64,000 bases of DNA, taken from Paragordius varius (taxonomy: Eukaryota > Animalia > Nematomorpha). Below, piece by piece: positions 34,330 through 48,600 of this stretch. Positions within the stretch are counted from its first letter, which is position 1. Each line of letters begins with the position of its first letter. The stretch spans positions 7,130,001 through 7,194,000 of the forward strand of contig OZ176051.1 in NCBI GenBank assembly GCA_964247055.1. Direction: 5' to 3'. The notes beneath the pieces are model-generated. The model was not told where the DNA came from, did no database searches, and was given only the letters and a program-made list of their open reading frames with translations. A program made the position numbers and the translations under genes.

Positions 34330-37300
34330 ACATAATAATATAGATGGAAAACGATATGGAAAAAGCTTTACATAATTACGAAGATTCCAGAAGCGAAGAA
34401 ATTAAAGTTTTGTTTTCTTATTACAATAACGTTTTTGTTATGTTTTAACGATAGGTGCCGTAAAACCTTTATAGATTGGTTTTAATTCTCATTTTTATAA
34501 TTGCATCCAAAAAATTTTTAGCCCAATCTGAAAATCATTTATTTTCCACAACAAAATGCTAACCATGGTGCTTCAAAATATTTTTTAAGCAATTTTAATA
34601 TTCATCTTATAATTTCTATCATAAATTATAATTAATATATCTTTTGTGATAACGTTTTTAGTTTATGTTTAATTAGTTTTAGTGATGAAATGGTTGATTA
34701 TAATATTCATAAATGGCTTCTGTCAATTTTTTGCAAAAAATATTGATAATATCTGATTTTCATGCCTCTATAATCGGATGGGTATATGCACAGTCTAATA
34801 TAAATCATTAAAATTTAAAACATCAAATATGAATATTTTTGACAAATGTTTATTGGTATTAAAGAAAATATTAAGCATAATCGCGCATTCCATACATCAA
34901 ATATTTTCCAATGTTATTATTTATTATCACCACAAAGTATTAATATATTAAATTTTTTCTCACCTGGCTAGATAACATTTTTATTTAAACATTTTGGGAT
35001 TTTTTGTCTTTTTTAGGCGAAGATAGCCAGTTTTGATGCACACAGACAGGCAGAAAAATTGAAAGAAAATATCGAAACATTGGCCCGTAAAAATGTTAAT
35101 CATTCGTCCGTTCAAGCAAGCAATAGTAATGTATCCACAGATGCTCAATCCAATGTTTCCACATCGCCGGCCGACAAGGAACTAGCTAAGGTATTTTATC
35201 TATTACGTATTTTATATCTGTTTGATTTAATTATATATAATTTTGTAAACTTTATAGTTTTGGATTAAATTTTTGGATGTATACGATATTAAATTTTCGT
35301 GTTTTGAGTAAGAAAAAATCGGAAATAATTCCATGTTTCCGTTTTTTTATCAATAATTTTAAATGACTTTGTAATAACGATCAAATATCTTTTAACAAAA
35401 TTTTTTATATTTACCATTTTTAATATGCGTCTGAATATATCTGAGTTCGATTCGCAAAATCGCGTATTTTATTATCACTGTCACCTCTGGGCAGGCCAGT
35501 GTTTAGCATTCATAAATATCTTAAGTTCATCCCATAAAAGAAAATATAGATTATAAACACATTGAAAAATTTAATATGTAGCTGGAGGATAAATTGAATA
35601 AAACCCTAAACTCTTGTCAAAAATATGATCATGCATATCACGATGCTTGTATTGCGGCCGAATTGGCGAGACAAAATAAATTTTTTTTGCTTCAAACATC
35701 TCTAGTCAAAGCAAATGCGTTGGAAAGAGAAAGGATTTCAGTTTCAGTCAATGTGCTATCCAAATACTTGGCACTCATGGCAAATAGACCTGAAAAGGCT
35801 CGAAGGGTTAGTTTGTTTAATAAAAGTTCTGATATACGTATTTTTTGCGTGTTTGAGTTGTTTAAATTGTGATTACACCTATAGAATTCTGTATTTAAGT
35901 TTAAACAAATTTATACATCCAAATAACTAAATTATTTTTACGGCCATACATTGAATAGTCTTTGAGGTTATTTTTTGTATTTTATATGTAATAATATATC
36001 GGGCCCCAAAATATAAGTTCATTAAGTTTTTTGCATCATGTGATGTATTCATAATATGATTTAAAATATAATCGATTATAATATGAAATACTGTCATTTA
36101 CTTGAAAATGTTTTTTAAGTCTGAGCTGATAATTGTATTTATTATATCGATGCTTTATATAATATATATATATTGATAACATAACTCACTTAGATGTTGG
36201 AAGAAATATCTAAAGCCATTATGGCAGTATCAAAAACTCATAGGTTAAATTTACCGAACGCATCACAGCAAAATAGACATGATCAAAGATATCCTTTTAG
36301 TCACAATACTGTTATAAATGAACATTTATCAACTAAGTCATCAAAATCATCAAATAATAATATTTGTAATAATATGAGCAATTCTCCCCATTCATCTGTG
36401 ATATCTTCATCGTTAACGTCCGATTGGTCGGAACCTGATTTATTCACCACTTCTCATATAATTATACCATTTGAAATGTATAATAACACTTCATCACTTC
36501 AAAATAGTCATCTTATGCCAACTGTCAGCCCTAAATCGGTGTCCAACAACTTTACCGAACAAAATTTGTTTGATTTTTTTGTAAGCTCTTATGTGTGTTT
36601 GCAATTTAATTATGCATGCAATTTAAATAATTAATTTGGTTTTTTGTATAACGTTTTTAGACCATTATCTTTAAACCATTTTGTTGCTATAAATATATAT
36701 GTAAATTTATTTTGCCAAATTTTATGGTAGTTTACAGATAACATAATTATGGATACGCCATTTAATTCCATATAATAAATGTTTTTTTTTCAGGCTGAGG
36801 ATATGAGTTTTCCCATACCTCCTGAACGCAGAAAGCAAATGTTGGAACGTAATTTGATTGTTTTACGACATGATTTAGAAAAGTACAAAGATGCGCGTGA
36901 AAGTAAAAATAAAATTTTTATAACATTTTTTTTAAAATAGACCATGAAATATATAAATTATTATTATGTAACAATTATTTTAGCTCCTTATTTATGATTT
37001 TTTTTTGTTTGAAAAGGTGTCGATCATCTGGTCAAAGTATATCTCCATCAAATTGGAGATATACGGTCACCCGATCCAAACATAGTAGAAAAAGCGTTAA
37101 AAGATATCCAACAAAAGCTTTTAAGTTGTCATGATACGAAAAATCATTTACAGGTAAGGTTTAATATTTGCTTTGGCTCTAAAATTTTAATAATTATTAA
37201 TCACGTTTTTTGATAATTAATAAATGTCGGTTAATATCCATATATATTGTTTTCTTAATTTAAATTTGAATTCATTTTTATTCCCGTGTTTAGGCCAGTT

Positions 37301-39613
37301 ACTATAAGGTTCACAAGGCTTTATCCAAATTAACTCAGGAAATCGTCCCCGACGAACGAATTGCCAAATATATATCAACGACAAAAGATGCTAAAACAGT
37401 TTAACCTTTTATTAATTAAATAAACGAGTTTAAAAATTTTAATTTACATAAAATTTTACCTCCTAAAATAGGGTGTCGTTAATTCCGTTTTGAAAATACC
37501 GTTTTGGGACAGTGAAGTCGGGATGATTAAGTATTCGAATGATTTGAAACCCATTGCTAATGAGATTCGGATTCATGAGCAAGCTTTTGCAAAGCTTAGA
37601 CAAGCACAAAACGCAAAAGATGAAGCAATAATTAATGACAAAAACAAGAAGAAACGGTCAAAATCAGTACAAAAAACGGTATATATACACAATATAACTC
37701 TTTTTTATAAAATATAGGTTTGACCGATTACAATTGTAATTATGACTGTTATTGTAACCGCTTACGATCAAATTATCATACGTATTTAATGATGGTATGA
37801 AACCATCAAAAATTGTGGAATTTTAAAATCAAATTTTTCACAAATTCATGTTAAAATATTTTGACAGAACTGTTAACATTATTTTTCGGGGTTAAATTAC
37901 AACATGTATTTTCCATTTGTCGCTCTCACCTTATTTTAATTAAATTATATAATAATTTTTAATAAAATGCGTATTTTAGGTGAGTGTGGATGTAGTTGAA
38001 AATTCTGACCAAGTTTCACCTTTTAAGGGATGTGGTTTGATGGTGAGTGGTCCCTTCTCTGGCATAAAGGGTAAAAATATTTTTGGACGATCTAATAACT
38101 CTGGACGAAAAGCCGCAAAATTATCTAAAAATCTTGACGCACCAAAAGGTTTGAAAATATTTTTTTTAGATTTATACTATATGGTTTTTTATGTTTTTAC
38201 ATCTAGCGTCATGAATATATAACATTTCTATTATATGAAATTAAATATTGTTTTTATCAACTTTTTTTCGAAAGTGAAAGATGTTTTTTATTTGGCATAT
38301 ATTAGAATCACGATTTTATATTAAGTTAAATAAATGACAACAAAATTATATAATGATTCATTTAATCATAAATATTTTTACCATTTGAATAGAAATTATT
38401 TAATTTTTGAAATATATAAATGATAAATGAAGGGTTTAGCGCCCAAATTCTTATGATTTATATGCATAAATTAATTTGATAATATATTAGCCATTGAGGA
38501 TTCACCCCAACATCCTACTTATCAAATAATAGGCCAATCAAACGTTGTCTCAGAAGAACAAAATGGACTTTATCCGCAATTAGGTTAATAAAATGTGCTA
38601 TTTTGCATAAATTCATTTCTTTATGCCTCTCACAAAAAAGGCGTTAGAATTAAAAAAATTATCCAAATTTGAAATATTGTTTAGATGCCAATGAACCAAG
38701 GAGTATGGTTATTACTGATATAGATAGTCCACCCCCTTCCTACTTCAAAAATTATGTAATGGCGGCAAAAATGCGTACCAAACATCCATCCTCTGTAAAC
38801 ATTGGGGAAGACGCAAATATGACGCAATCTATGAATTTGGGGAGCTCGGAGAAAAACGGAAAATTTGACACGACATTTAGGCATTCAGCATATGTATATC
38901 CCTCAAATAACAATAATTATAGTCCGGATAAATTAGAGGCTTTGGCTAACCAATTAAGGTTTAGTGTTGATTTGAAAGGGCTTAATACGACTTCCGAAGC
39001 TATATCACCCCCAGAGAACATAAAATTTAACCATACTACAAAAAACTCGGGAGAGACGGGAAATATGATGCAATCACATAATGGTCATAAAAAAATGTCG
39101 TATCGTATCTCGGTTGATAATGGAACCCCTATTAATAATACCATTATCAATTCACCCACCAATGGAAACACGATAAATAATGATCATAATCAACTTACAC
39201 AAAATAAGGTTTGTATGGTGAAATATGAATACACCGCCATCCGATTCGATGAATTGTCCATAAGTCCTGGTATATATTCTACTTATTTATTTATATACAT
39301 ATATATATTTATGTCTCTAATATACCCATTAAACTTGTGAATATGTTATTACAAAGGCGATATTCTTGAAATATTTGACAAACAGCGAGATGGGTGGTGG
39401 CGCGGTCAAAAGATTGTACCATACAATAATCGGATTGGTATTTTTCCTTCCACATATGTTCAAGAACTATTGACTGACAAGGACACCTTAACATCCAATA
39501 AAACTGAAACGAATAATACTTTAACAACGGATTCGGAAAACTTATCACATTTCCAAAAACCCTTTTGTCAAGTCATGAATGGTCATTTACCTACGGCACC
39601 CAATTATACTTAA
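31810..39613 (+). CDS. NOSTRIN: NOSTRIN-like F-BAR / HR1 / SH3 protein, ~1000-1004 aa, 19 coding exons
   Basis: Phase-consistent GT-AG exons: 31810-31819, 32011-32042, 32101-32186, 32245-32460, (32530-32541), 33874-33939, 34202-34283, 34344-34406, 35017-35190, 35582-35806, 36194-36580, 36794-36902, 37017-37153, 37294-37398, 37472-37678, 37980-38148, 38491-38583, 38685-39269 and 39357-39613 (3015 nt in total). Motifs: FCKDVAIIMQERSQLEIQYARSLSK, ALERERI, ERRKQML..LRHDLEK and SH3 YEYTAIRFDELSISPGDILEI..DGWW..GIFPSTYVQEL. Confidence 0.88.
35441..35560 (+). mobile_element. Diverged second copy of the tRNA-derived SINE, in a NOSTRIN intron
   Basis: B-box-like GAGTTCGATTCGC followed by ATCACTGTCACCTCTGGGCAGGCCAGTGTT, matching ATCACTGTCAGCCCTGGGCAGGCGCGTGTT at 41690. 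Confidence 0.7.
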
Positions 39614-39734
39614 TAATTTAGCTTAGTCTTAGATTGTTTAAAATTTAATTTTACATACGATTTATAATTCATTTACACTGTTGATAATGATGTACTTATT
39701 CAAAAAAGGCTTGTATAATGTTTTGAAAATCTCA

Positions 39735-39738
<4 letters not shown>

Positions 39739-39778
<40 letters not shown>
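39739..39778. repeat. (TA)n microsatellite; others at ~20617, 33048, 34296, 45098, 50348 and 53540
   Basis: Direct dinucleotide runs. Confidence 0.97.
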
Positions 39779-39784
<6 letters not shown>

Positions 39785-41229
39785 CGGGTATAATGTTATG
39801 TTTAGTATAACACACAAATTTAACAATCTTTTTTGTTCAATTTTATATATGCAAAACGTGAAATTTTATATAATTTTAGTGTGCATTATTTGTAATTTTT
39901 TTATATTCATATAGTATTATACTCAATTGTATTGCAATATGTAGCAAATATTTTACCAGATTTAGTTTATTCTAATAATTATATTTTAATAATCCTGCCC
40001 ATAAATTCATTGAAACAAGTCATAGTTATTTGATTGTGCTTTATATGGTTATATACGTAGTACGCTATTTAAGGGTTATTAATTCTATTATATTACAAAC
40101 CTAATAGGCCAATGTTTAATTCAGAAATATTTATGGTTAATTATTACGCTGGTACATTTGAGGTTTTGGATACAATAGAAAATTGGTTTTAATTTTTTTA
40201 TAATATTTGGTAAATGAGTTAAACCATTAGCATACATTCTGCACAAAATTGAGAACTATAAAAAATATCCTGATAAATTATTCTGAGAGAAAAATTTGTC
40301 AGGTATATCATGGTGATTTTTATTTCGGGTCCTACGAGTAAAAATATTTACCACTTTTAAGGCAAATCATATCAGGCTAAATTTTCCCCCGTTTTGATAA
40401 ATAATTTTTTTTGGTAAGGCTAAATAAATTTTTGATTAAATCTATTTTTTTCATTTTTAAAGCACTTTTGCTTATCGAAAAAGCTGTCGGACATCCTTAG
40501 CTTGAAAATTGAATCTTTTTATCTAATACGCTAACATAATGTTAGATAATTGAATTTTTACCAAAACATTTTAAGAATAGTAGTTTATTTTAAGCTTAAG
40601 TTTTAAGGTACAAAATTATTGCAAAGTAATTTTCAAAAAATAAAGGTTAAAGTGTAAACAAAGCATTTGTATGGAGGTTGATGTTTAGAATTGCATTTTC
40701 AAGTTGGTTGATGGGCATAGTCTAATGTGACCAGATATTTTAAAACCTGGGGCAGTACAAAATTAAAACATACTTTGCCTATTTTTACACCAAATTTTTG
40801 CTGCGGTTTATCAGATGATATAGTTTTATTAAAACAATTAAAAATATCCAACAAATGCATTAAATTAACTGAAACAAATAAAACAAACATTGAACTTTTA
40901 ATTTTTTAATCAAATGCTTACTAATATCATAAATTGATATTGTGTTTATTTTATATTTTGAGACCGCTTTTGCCAAAGCCCTGAGTTAAAGTGCCGTTAT
41001 TAAATCTTACGGTAAAAGAATTATAGTTCCGCTCCTGCGCGATTGCCATCATAAGCGGTTTTACCGGTCAGAAATATTTTATGTATGACTCAATAAAATA
41101 AAATATTACTCAGTAATAAATAGGTCAATCTTAGTATTTACCGAAAAATGAACCTTTTATTATTTTAACAGAGGGTACTCTATAAAATTCTACATTAATT
41201 TTTTTAAATAAATAATGTTTCAACTACCT

Positions 41230-42500
41230 ATTGATTTTAATTTTTAGCCAACGTTAATATAGCACCGTATTTTGGATTACACTAGACAATAAATATTTCT
41301 GCGACTCGATTTTGCATTTTATGATATTTACTATTATTTTACACTACATCTTAATTAAGAATTATAATCTTAGAATTTGTTGTAATTAGATATTTTGTGA
41401 TTATGCGCCCTCTTTATCAGAATTTTAAAAATATATTTTTCTTTTAAAACAAATGCTTATTTGTAATAAATTCGAAAGAGTAATGAAAATTCTATAAAAT
41501 GCATGCTAATATGTTTGACATCGACGGTTAATATCGGAGATGAGAGCAACAAACCCATGAAGCGAGAGCGTTTTGTTCAATAAATATATTTATTAACTAC
41601 TGAAGGCGTGGGTGGTATAGTAGGTAGGGCGCTGGACTCTTACACTGCGTGCTAGGGTTTTAACCCCGAAACTACTCAATTTTTCCATCATCACTGTCAG
41701 CCCTGGGCAGGCGCGTGTTAAAACCTTCACTCCAGATACAATTTAAGTCCTTATCCTTTAAAAAAAGGAAGAAAGAGGCTCTAACTAAACTGTATATTTT
41801 TTTAACTACTGGATGAAAACAGCTCAAACTTTGTGCACATGGCAATGAATGTCATCAAAGATAACATAAAAATGTTTTCTGTTAAAAATATTTATTGCTT
41901 TTATGTGATTCAAATCAGCTATTTTTAGTTTTTAAAATAAATCTTATCAATATTAATTTTGGTTATAAGGTTACTATAAATTTCAAAGACTAGAAATTAA
42001 GGCATTTTTGATCTTTCATTACCATAATGTAATAAATTTACATATATAACTATGTATTTTAGTTTCCGCTAAGTAAAATAATTTGATAATAATGGTTTTT
42101 AAAAAAGCAAACCAAATGCTTTTTTTAAAGATTTTTTTAAATAGACTAACATAACCCTAATGATTATATTAAAATAATTTATATGATTTTTTAATTAATA
42201 CGTTTGGATTTTTGACTTATTTATGGGTTATAAATTTCGACCATATAGAGCACTATATAGCTTATAATAATATAAATGACTTACCATTTAAGAGATGCCT
42301 AATAATACACCGCTATTTATCGTTAATTTTAAATTTCAAAAATTTAGAGTTTGTTAAATGGGGCTAAAAATTTTATATAAACCCTAATAAAATATTCTTA
42401 GGTTTAGACCAATTTTTCAAATTACAAACTAAAATAATTTTATATTTAAAGATACTTAAAAAAGTCAAAATTAGTTGTAAATTTAATAAATACCGTAATA
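41230..42500 (+). repeat. Family K repeat, copy 2, carrying a SINE insertion
   Basis: Colinear with 17580-18650 apart from the insert at 41603-41811. Confidence 0.85.
41603..41792 (+). mobile_element. tRNA-derived SINE (tRNA-Glu-like head), ~190 bp
   Basis: A box TGGTATAGTAGG (41613), degenerate B box GGGTTTTAACCCC (41655) and an A-rich 3' part. Flanking direct repeats TATATTTATTAACTACTG (41585-41602) and TATATTTTTTTAACTACTG (41793-41811). Absent from the paralogous site at ~17921-17940. Confidence 0.85.
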
Positions 42501-42652
42501 TAATTTATTAGGAATTGTAAATCAATAATCAAATTTATCAAAAGATGGTAATCAATTTTTGTGGTATTAGCAAACATTTAAATTTAAAAAAAATAATTAT
42601 AATTATACAAATTATCAGACATATTAAAATTTTTACCACTTTTCAAACTAAA

Positions 42653-45600
42653 TCATTCATATATCTCCCCTGTATACAAAGATCGATTAATTGTGATTAC
42701 ATGATCATAATAAATAGAACTTCTCAGATAACTGCCGCCTATTGGGATAACTTTAAATTTCGCAATCTTATCGGGGTGAGCACACCTAAAATGAAGTAAT
42801 ATACCATAAGGTATGGTATTTGCGTATTCAGTCGAATCTTGATTGTAACTGATGGACAAATATATTTGTGTTTGTGTAATCTCCAACTAAAATCAAAAAG
42901 CATGTGATGTATATAAATATATATATATATATGACTTTTAATAGCATTATAATAATATACCTGGGATACATTCAATAATAGGATCTCGGAAAAGACTTCA
43001 CTCTCATTTAAATATTGGAAGAAACACTCTGTGTAGGTTGCCATGGACGATACATATTTTATCTAATGAATTTAAATATTTATTAATAAATGTTAAAGAT
43101 ACATTACTTAAAAAACAAGCGGGATAACATTTTAAGAAATATAAGCCCTCGGGCAAAGCGATGTAATATTCTGTCGTGGTAGGAAAAAATTTAAAAGAAC
43201 AGTTAAAAGGCTTTCCTACATAGATGACTTAATTTCAAATATTAAGTTAAAAAAACCAAAAAAAAGATTATACCATTAAAGCGAATATATATCCTTGTAA
43301 TTTTCAATTACGTATTATCACAATTTATTATTTTTGTAGAAAACTTCAATTCATAAAAATTTGGGCCTTAACAATAAATAAACTTTTATTTTAATTTAAT
43401 ATATCAAATTTAAACCTTTTTAAATATTTATTTAACTGCTGATATATTTTTAAAATAAAGGTATTCACCACCCATATTGGGTTAAATTACGTTGGGGGCT
43501 ATCCACCAAATTTATTAAATATAAACCATGAAAAATATATTAAAAAAATGATTATTTTAATTAGTTGAGAATTAAATATAAGCAATAGTAATACGATACG
43601 TTAAAATAAATGCATAGACAGGTGTCATGTTTTACCGTTTTTGGTAAAACAACATCTAGTTTTGGGAAACGTATTATTAATTTGCTCACAAGAATGTCAT
43701 TGGCCTTTACACATTTCCCACATCTCTCATGTAATAAATTCCATGCTAAAAAATTAAATGTCTTTGTGGCTTACCATTCGTCAATCCATTTTACGATAAC
43801 TTCGAAATTATTAAAGTGCTTTTCTGGGAGCGTGTGCTCTATGGAGAAAAATTTGTTGTCCAGTGTAATACACAGCTATGGTCTCACTCAGCATCCCGAA
43901 ATGATTCTTGATGAGGATGGACCCGGTTGTCAAGGTCTTTATTACGATTTTTTCTGCTTTAAATTTGCAATAAAAAGCCATTTATCATCACCAGTCACAA
44001 TTCGATGTGAAAATGATTTCCTTTCGGTCCTTAAAGGATGATACGATTCACTTTGCATTTGACGTTCATTCAAATTTTATGGGACCCATTTATCAAGTTT
44101 TTAGTCTTTTCCATTGCTCCCTAAACTTTATCAATTGTTTTGTAAATTATGTAATCCTTCTGCTACCATAATTTAAGTTCCATTATATAGTTATCATCTT
44201 CGCAATTATGGGTCCCAAAGTACTTATTCTCGTTCACATTAAAATCATTTGTTTATGTTTTTGAAACCATGTCACATGTTTAAGTGGAACATGTTCACAA
44301 TATGTTTCTACCAGCAAACTAGAACACAACTTCCCTGATGGAATACGGAAAATGCGCAAATATTAGTAAAATTCAATATATTTAATGAATGATAAAGAGT
44401 AAAGAGCATGTGATTGGCTAAAAGTTGTTGCATAAATATATGTGTAATTTCTTATATCTTTTTATAGGCAATAAAAATTTCTTTGCTGTAATTGTGATCT
44501 GGAAACATTGAATAAAAACCTCACAATGTATTTTTACTCCCACTGTAAGTATGAGTGTTTTAGTAATACATTCAGGAATTGACCATGTTTAATATAGTAG
44601 GTGGAATATGATAAAAATATTTGAAGCAACTGAATTTAAGGTAAAAGATGCACTAAAGGGATGTTCATGTGACCAAGATATGTTGTGAGGCCCACTAAAA
44701 ATTCGAAAATTTACCAAATAAATAGATAAATAAAAAGTTATTGGTCCGATTTTTGGTTTGTTGTTGGTTATGATGGTTTCAAATATTAGTTCAACAACTT
44801 TTAACGACCTAAACAAGCTCTATGGCTAATTAGTTTATCTGTTAATTCATAATACTCATTGTAGGACAGGCATTATTATAGTATATACAAAGTATAGACA
44901 TATATGCTGGCCAATTCACTTTATTGTTGACCATGGTGATACAGTAGCGTTTGTGAATTTTGTCCATAATTAAATAAATTAATGTTGTAGGAAAAAATTG
45001 CTTGATTGTAACATTTTGTTGGTTTCACTCATACACTACTGTTTGCAATCGTCCAACAATAATGGGAATAAGGCAGCATACACATGCATATTATATAATA
45101 TATATATATATATATATAATATCTACGTTCTTATGAATATGTCGTTGCATGAACCAGCGTTTAATTGTGACATTTAGGGAATTGCGCAAAACAGTAGAAA
45201 ACGATTCACACGTGTGCCAATTGTCTTTAACAAAACATTTAGGGATGCCATTATAAGAAACACTTAGGCGAAGTTGATTGTTTTGTCTTTCATAAGATAT
45301 TGGTACATCGCTATAATGTAGTAGTACAGTAAAAATTGAAATTATACGGACAAAATGTAAAAATATGGAAGGCAAAATTTTTTTTCCAAAAGACAACCAT
45401 ACCTTTTTAAACCTTAATTTACCCTATAAAAAACATTAATTACAATCCTTAAATACACAATTGATTGTGTTACCAATTTACATTTCTTATATTATAATTT
45501 AAAGTTAGAAACAATGTGTTAAATTTTAAAAAATATAGATTAAAAAAGTATGGTTGTCTTTTTGTAAAAAATATTTGTCATTATATTTTCACGTTTTGTC

Positions 45601-48600
45601 CGTATTCAATTTCTACTGTAATTATTTGATATTAATGCTTGTTTCTCTATTGACACTCTGCGGCAAAAATGAGGATTAAAAAATAAAGTTTAATGAAAAT
45701 CATATCATTCGATAACTAAAAGCTTCAGGATAATAAATATCGAAATGATATATGCGGTTATAATACTAGAAAAGTTATTTTAATTTTTCTGTTATTAGCC
45801 AAAATCAAAAAATGCGTTTTTTTGCATATTAGGTTAATTAAAATTAAATGATAGATCGTGTCAATTAAATTTTTTTAATATAGCTCAAGGATAAGCTTAA
45901 ACCTAAAATATTATTAACAAAAATTTTAATTTTTTCGGAGGGTTCCAGAAAGATTTTCAATAATATAAGCAAAATCGCACTTTTTCGTCAAATTATCAAA
46001 AAACCTTATTAATATAGAATGAAAAATTTTATTTTATTTCAATATATTAACTCTATATATAAAAATTCAAAAATCGCCTTAAAAAAAATTAAGCCAAAAA
46101 AGAATTTTTTTATAATTTGCACCAAAGCAGAAGCGTATAATTTTTAAAAAACATCCAATAAATACTTTTTCCATACCATTAGATGCAGAAAAGATTTATC
46201 ATCTTATATTTTGGATATAGGTAATTTTTTTCCCGAAAATTTTGATTATATATTTTTGGCGTCATTTAGACTTTTGATATACCTGTTTTAGGGCATAAAA
46301 ATTCCAAATTTGGAAATTGAGTCAATAAATCTTTTTTACTGCATCAAATCGGAATAAAAAATATTTATAATATATTATTAGTTTTGTAAAAATTATACGC
46401 AGCTTCGATTAGGTGCAAATTATTGAAAAGATTTTTTTTTATAAAAAGCTTATTGTTGAAGGTGCTATACTGGGTGCTATATTAAGAGTTAATATATGAT
46501 TGTTTGAAAAAAATCTTTTTCAGCATATTAACAAGTTTTTAAATTCAATTTGACGCCAAAGTGTGTTTTGTTGGCTTAATACCTGTAAATCTTTCTGGGA
46601 CCCTCCCAAAAGTGTAAAATCTTTGTTGATAATATTTTGCGTTAAGAATTATTCTTATGCTATATTAACACAAATAAAATTTCGTTGGCACGTTTTCATC
46701 TATTGTATTTAATTTTATTTGACATTTATAAAAATGGAAAATGCTGGCTTTTGATATGTTTCATAAAACCGGTACACCCATTCAAATCCGAATGTCGAAA
46801 AAATATAATCACTAATGAATGCCCCGACAAAAGCCTTTTTTTGAATTTGGCCTCCAGTTTGGGCCCACCCCTTAAAACAGGTTTTTTTGAAAAGAGAAGT
46901 TCACAAAAATTGTGTCTTTAAGACAATTTTCCGAAAAACGTGTTGGACCATTCGATTTCAAATATGATTTTTTTTTTTACTTTTTTCGATTGCGCCGTAC
47001 ATAGTCAGCTCGCTTTTTTAATTTAGGCCCTCTTTTTACCCGCTCCCCCCGTAAAATGCCACTCTTTTCTCAAAAAAAACAGTAAAAAATATTTTTGAAT
47101 CTATTTTTCGCCCAAGGTATGAAACCGTAAAAAATTAATGAGGATTCCGGGTATTACCTGTTAAAAGTCAAAAATTTTAGTCGTGGGTTTTTTATATTCG
47201 CTGATGGGTAAGGAGATACCCGTTAAAAACTACCCATCGAAATAGCATGCATTTGGGACAAATAAATTTGGGTCGCGCGTTATTTTTAAATTAGCCGTTA
47301 AATAGGCTCTTCTCGCCATGAAAAATGTGCCACCATTGAATGATTTTTCAGTTTTGAGGCAATTTTCCAAAAACTAATGACATGCCAGTTTCTCCGTAAA
47401 AAGGCAAAAATTTTAATCAAGCGTTTTTTTCTATCAGCAGGGTAGGGAGCTACCCACCTACAACTGCCCCACCATATCGATACATCGTGACTTTGGAGGC
47501 AAATTTTAGGAAACTTATCAGGCCATATGAGTTCAATAAGGACTTGAAATATTACCCGTGAAAAGGCAATAATTTAAGTAGAGCGGTTTTGCCCCTTAAT
47601 TTGGCCCTTGCCCTGAAAATGGCGCCACCATAGAATGACTTTTTGGTTTTGGGGCAGTTTTTTGAAAATGCCACGAGAGTATATGGAATCAATCATGATT
47701 CCAGGTATACCCGAATTAAGGCAAAAATTTTAAAGCGTTTTTTTGTTTCGCCCCTAATTAGGGGCATACCCGCGTAAAACTGCGTCCCCATATCGATACA
47801 GAATGCCTTTGGAGTTAAATTACAGAAAACCTATGAGACTATATGAGTTCAATAAGGGCCTAAAATAATTATCACTTAAAAAACAAATATTTTAGTATAG
47901 GGGGTTATTCAATGAGTCGCTAAGTAAAGTTTTACGCCTTGAAAAATGCGCCGCCATAAAAAATTTATTAGTTTTGAAGCAATACTTCTAAGAACTTATA
48001 AGAACATATGGAATCCATGATAATTCCAGATATTCTCCATATAAAGGCAAAAATTTTGCCCAAAGCTTATACCTGCTGGGTAAGTAGCTACCCGCCAAAA
48101 ACTGTGCCACTATATAGAAATTGCGTTGTTTTGGAACTAATTTAAAGAAAACTTATGCCATATGAGCTCATTTAAAGTTCGAAATACCCGCAATTAGAAA
48201 ATTAAGGTCAGGCCTTTTTGTTATTAGCCGTTAATTTGGGGCCTTTATGCCCTAAAAATACGCCATCATATAACGGATATTTAGTGTTGAGGTATTTTTT
48301 TGAATTCAGATGGTATCAAAGATGATTCCAAATATTAGCCCTATAAAGGCAAATTTAACCCAGCGCTTTTTCAATATAGGTCTATGGGTAGTGGTCTATC
48401 GGTTTAAAACTGAGACGCCATACAAAAGTGGCGTGGTTTTGGAGCTAATTTTCAAAGAACTGAAGCCATACGAGTTCAATCGATGCTTTAAAATATATCC
48501 ATAAAAAGGTAAAAATTATAGTATAGCGGTTTTTTCCGTTAGCCGTCAATTAGGGGCTTTGACACCAGTAATCAAAATAACAGTATGATTGCACAGTTGG

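Noticed and set aside
41603-41675. Functional tRNA gene
   Set aside because: The acceptor stem does not pair, the B box is degenerate, and the sequence is flanked by a TSD and continues into a SINE body.
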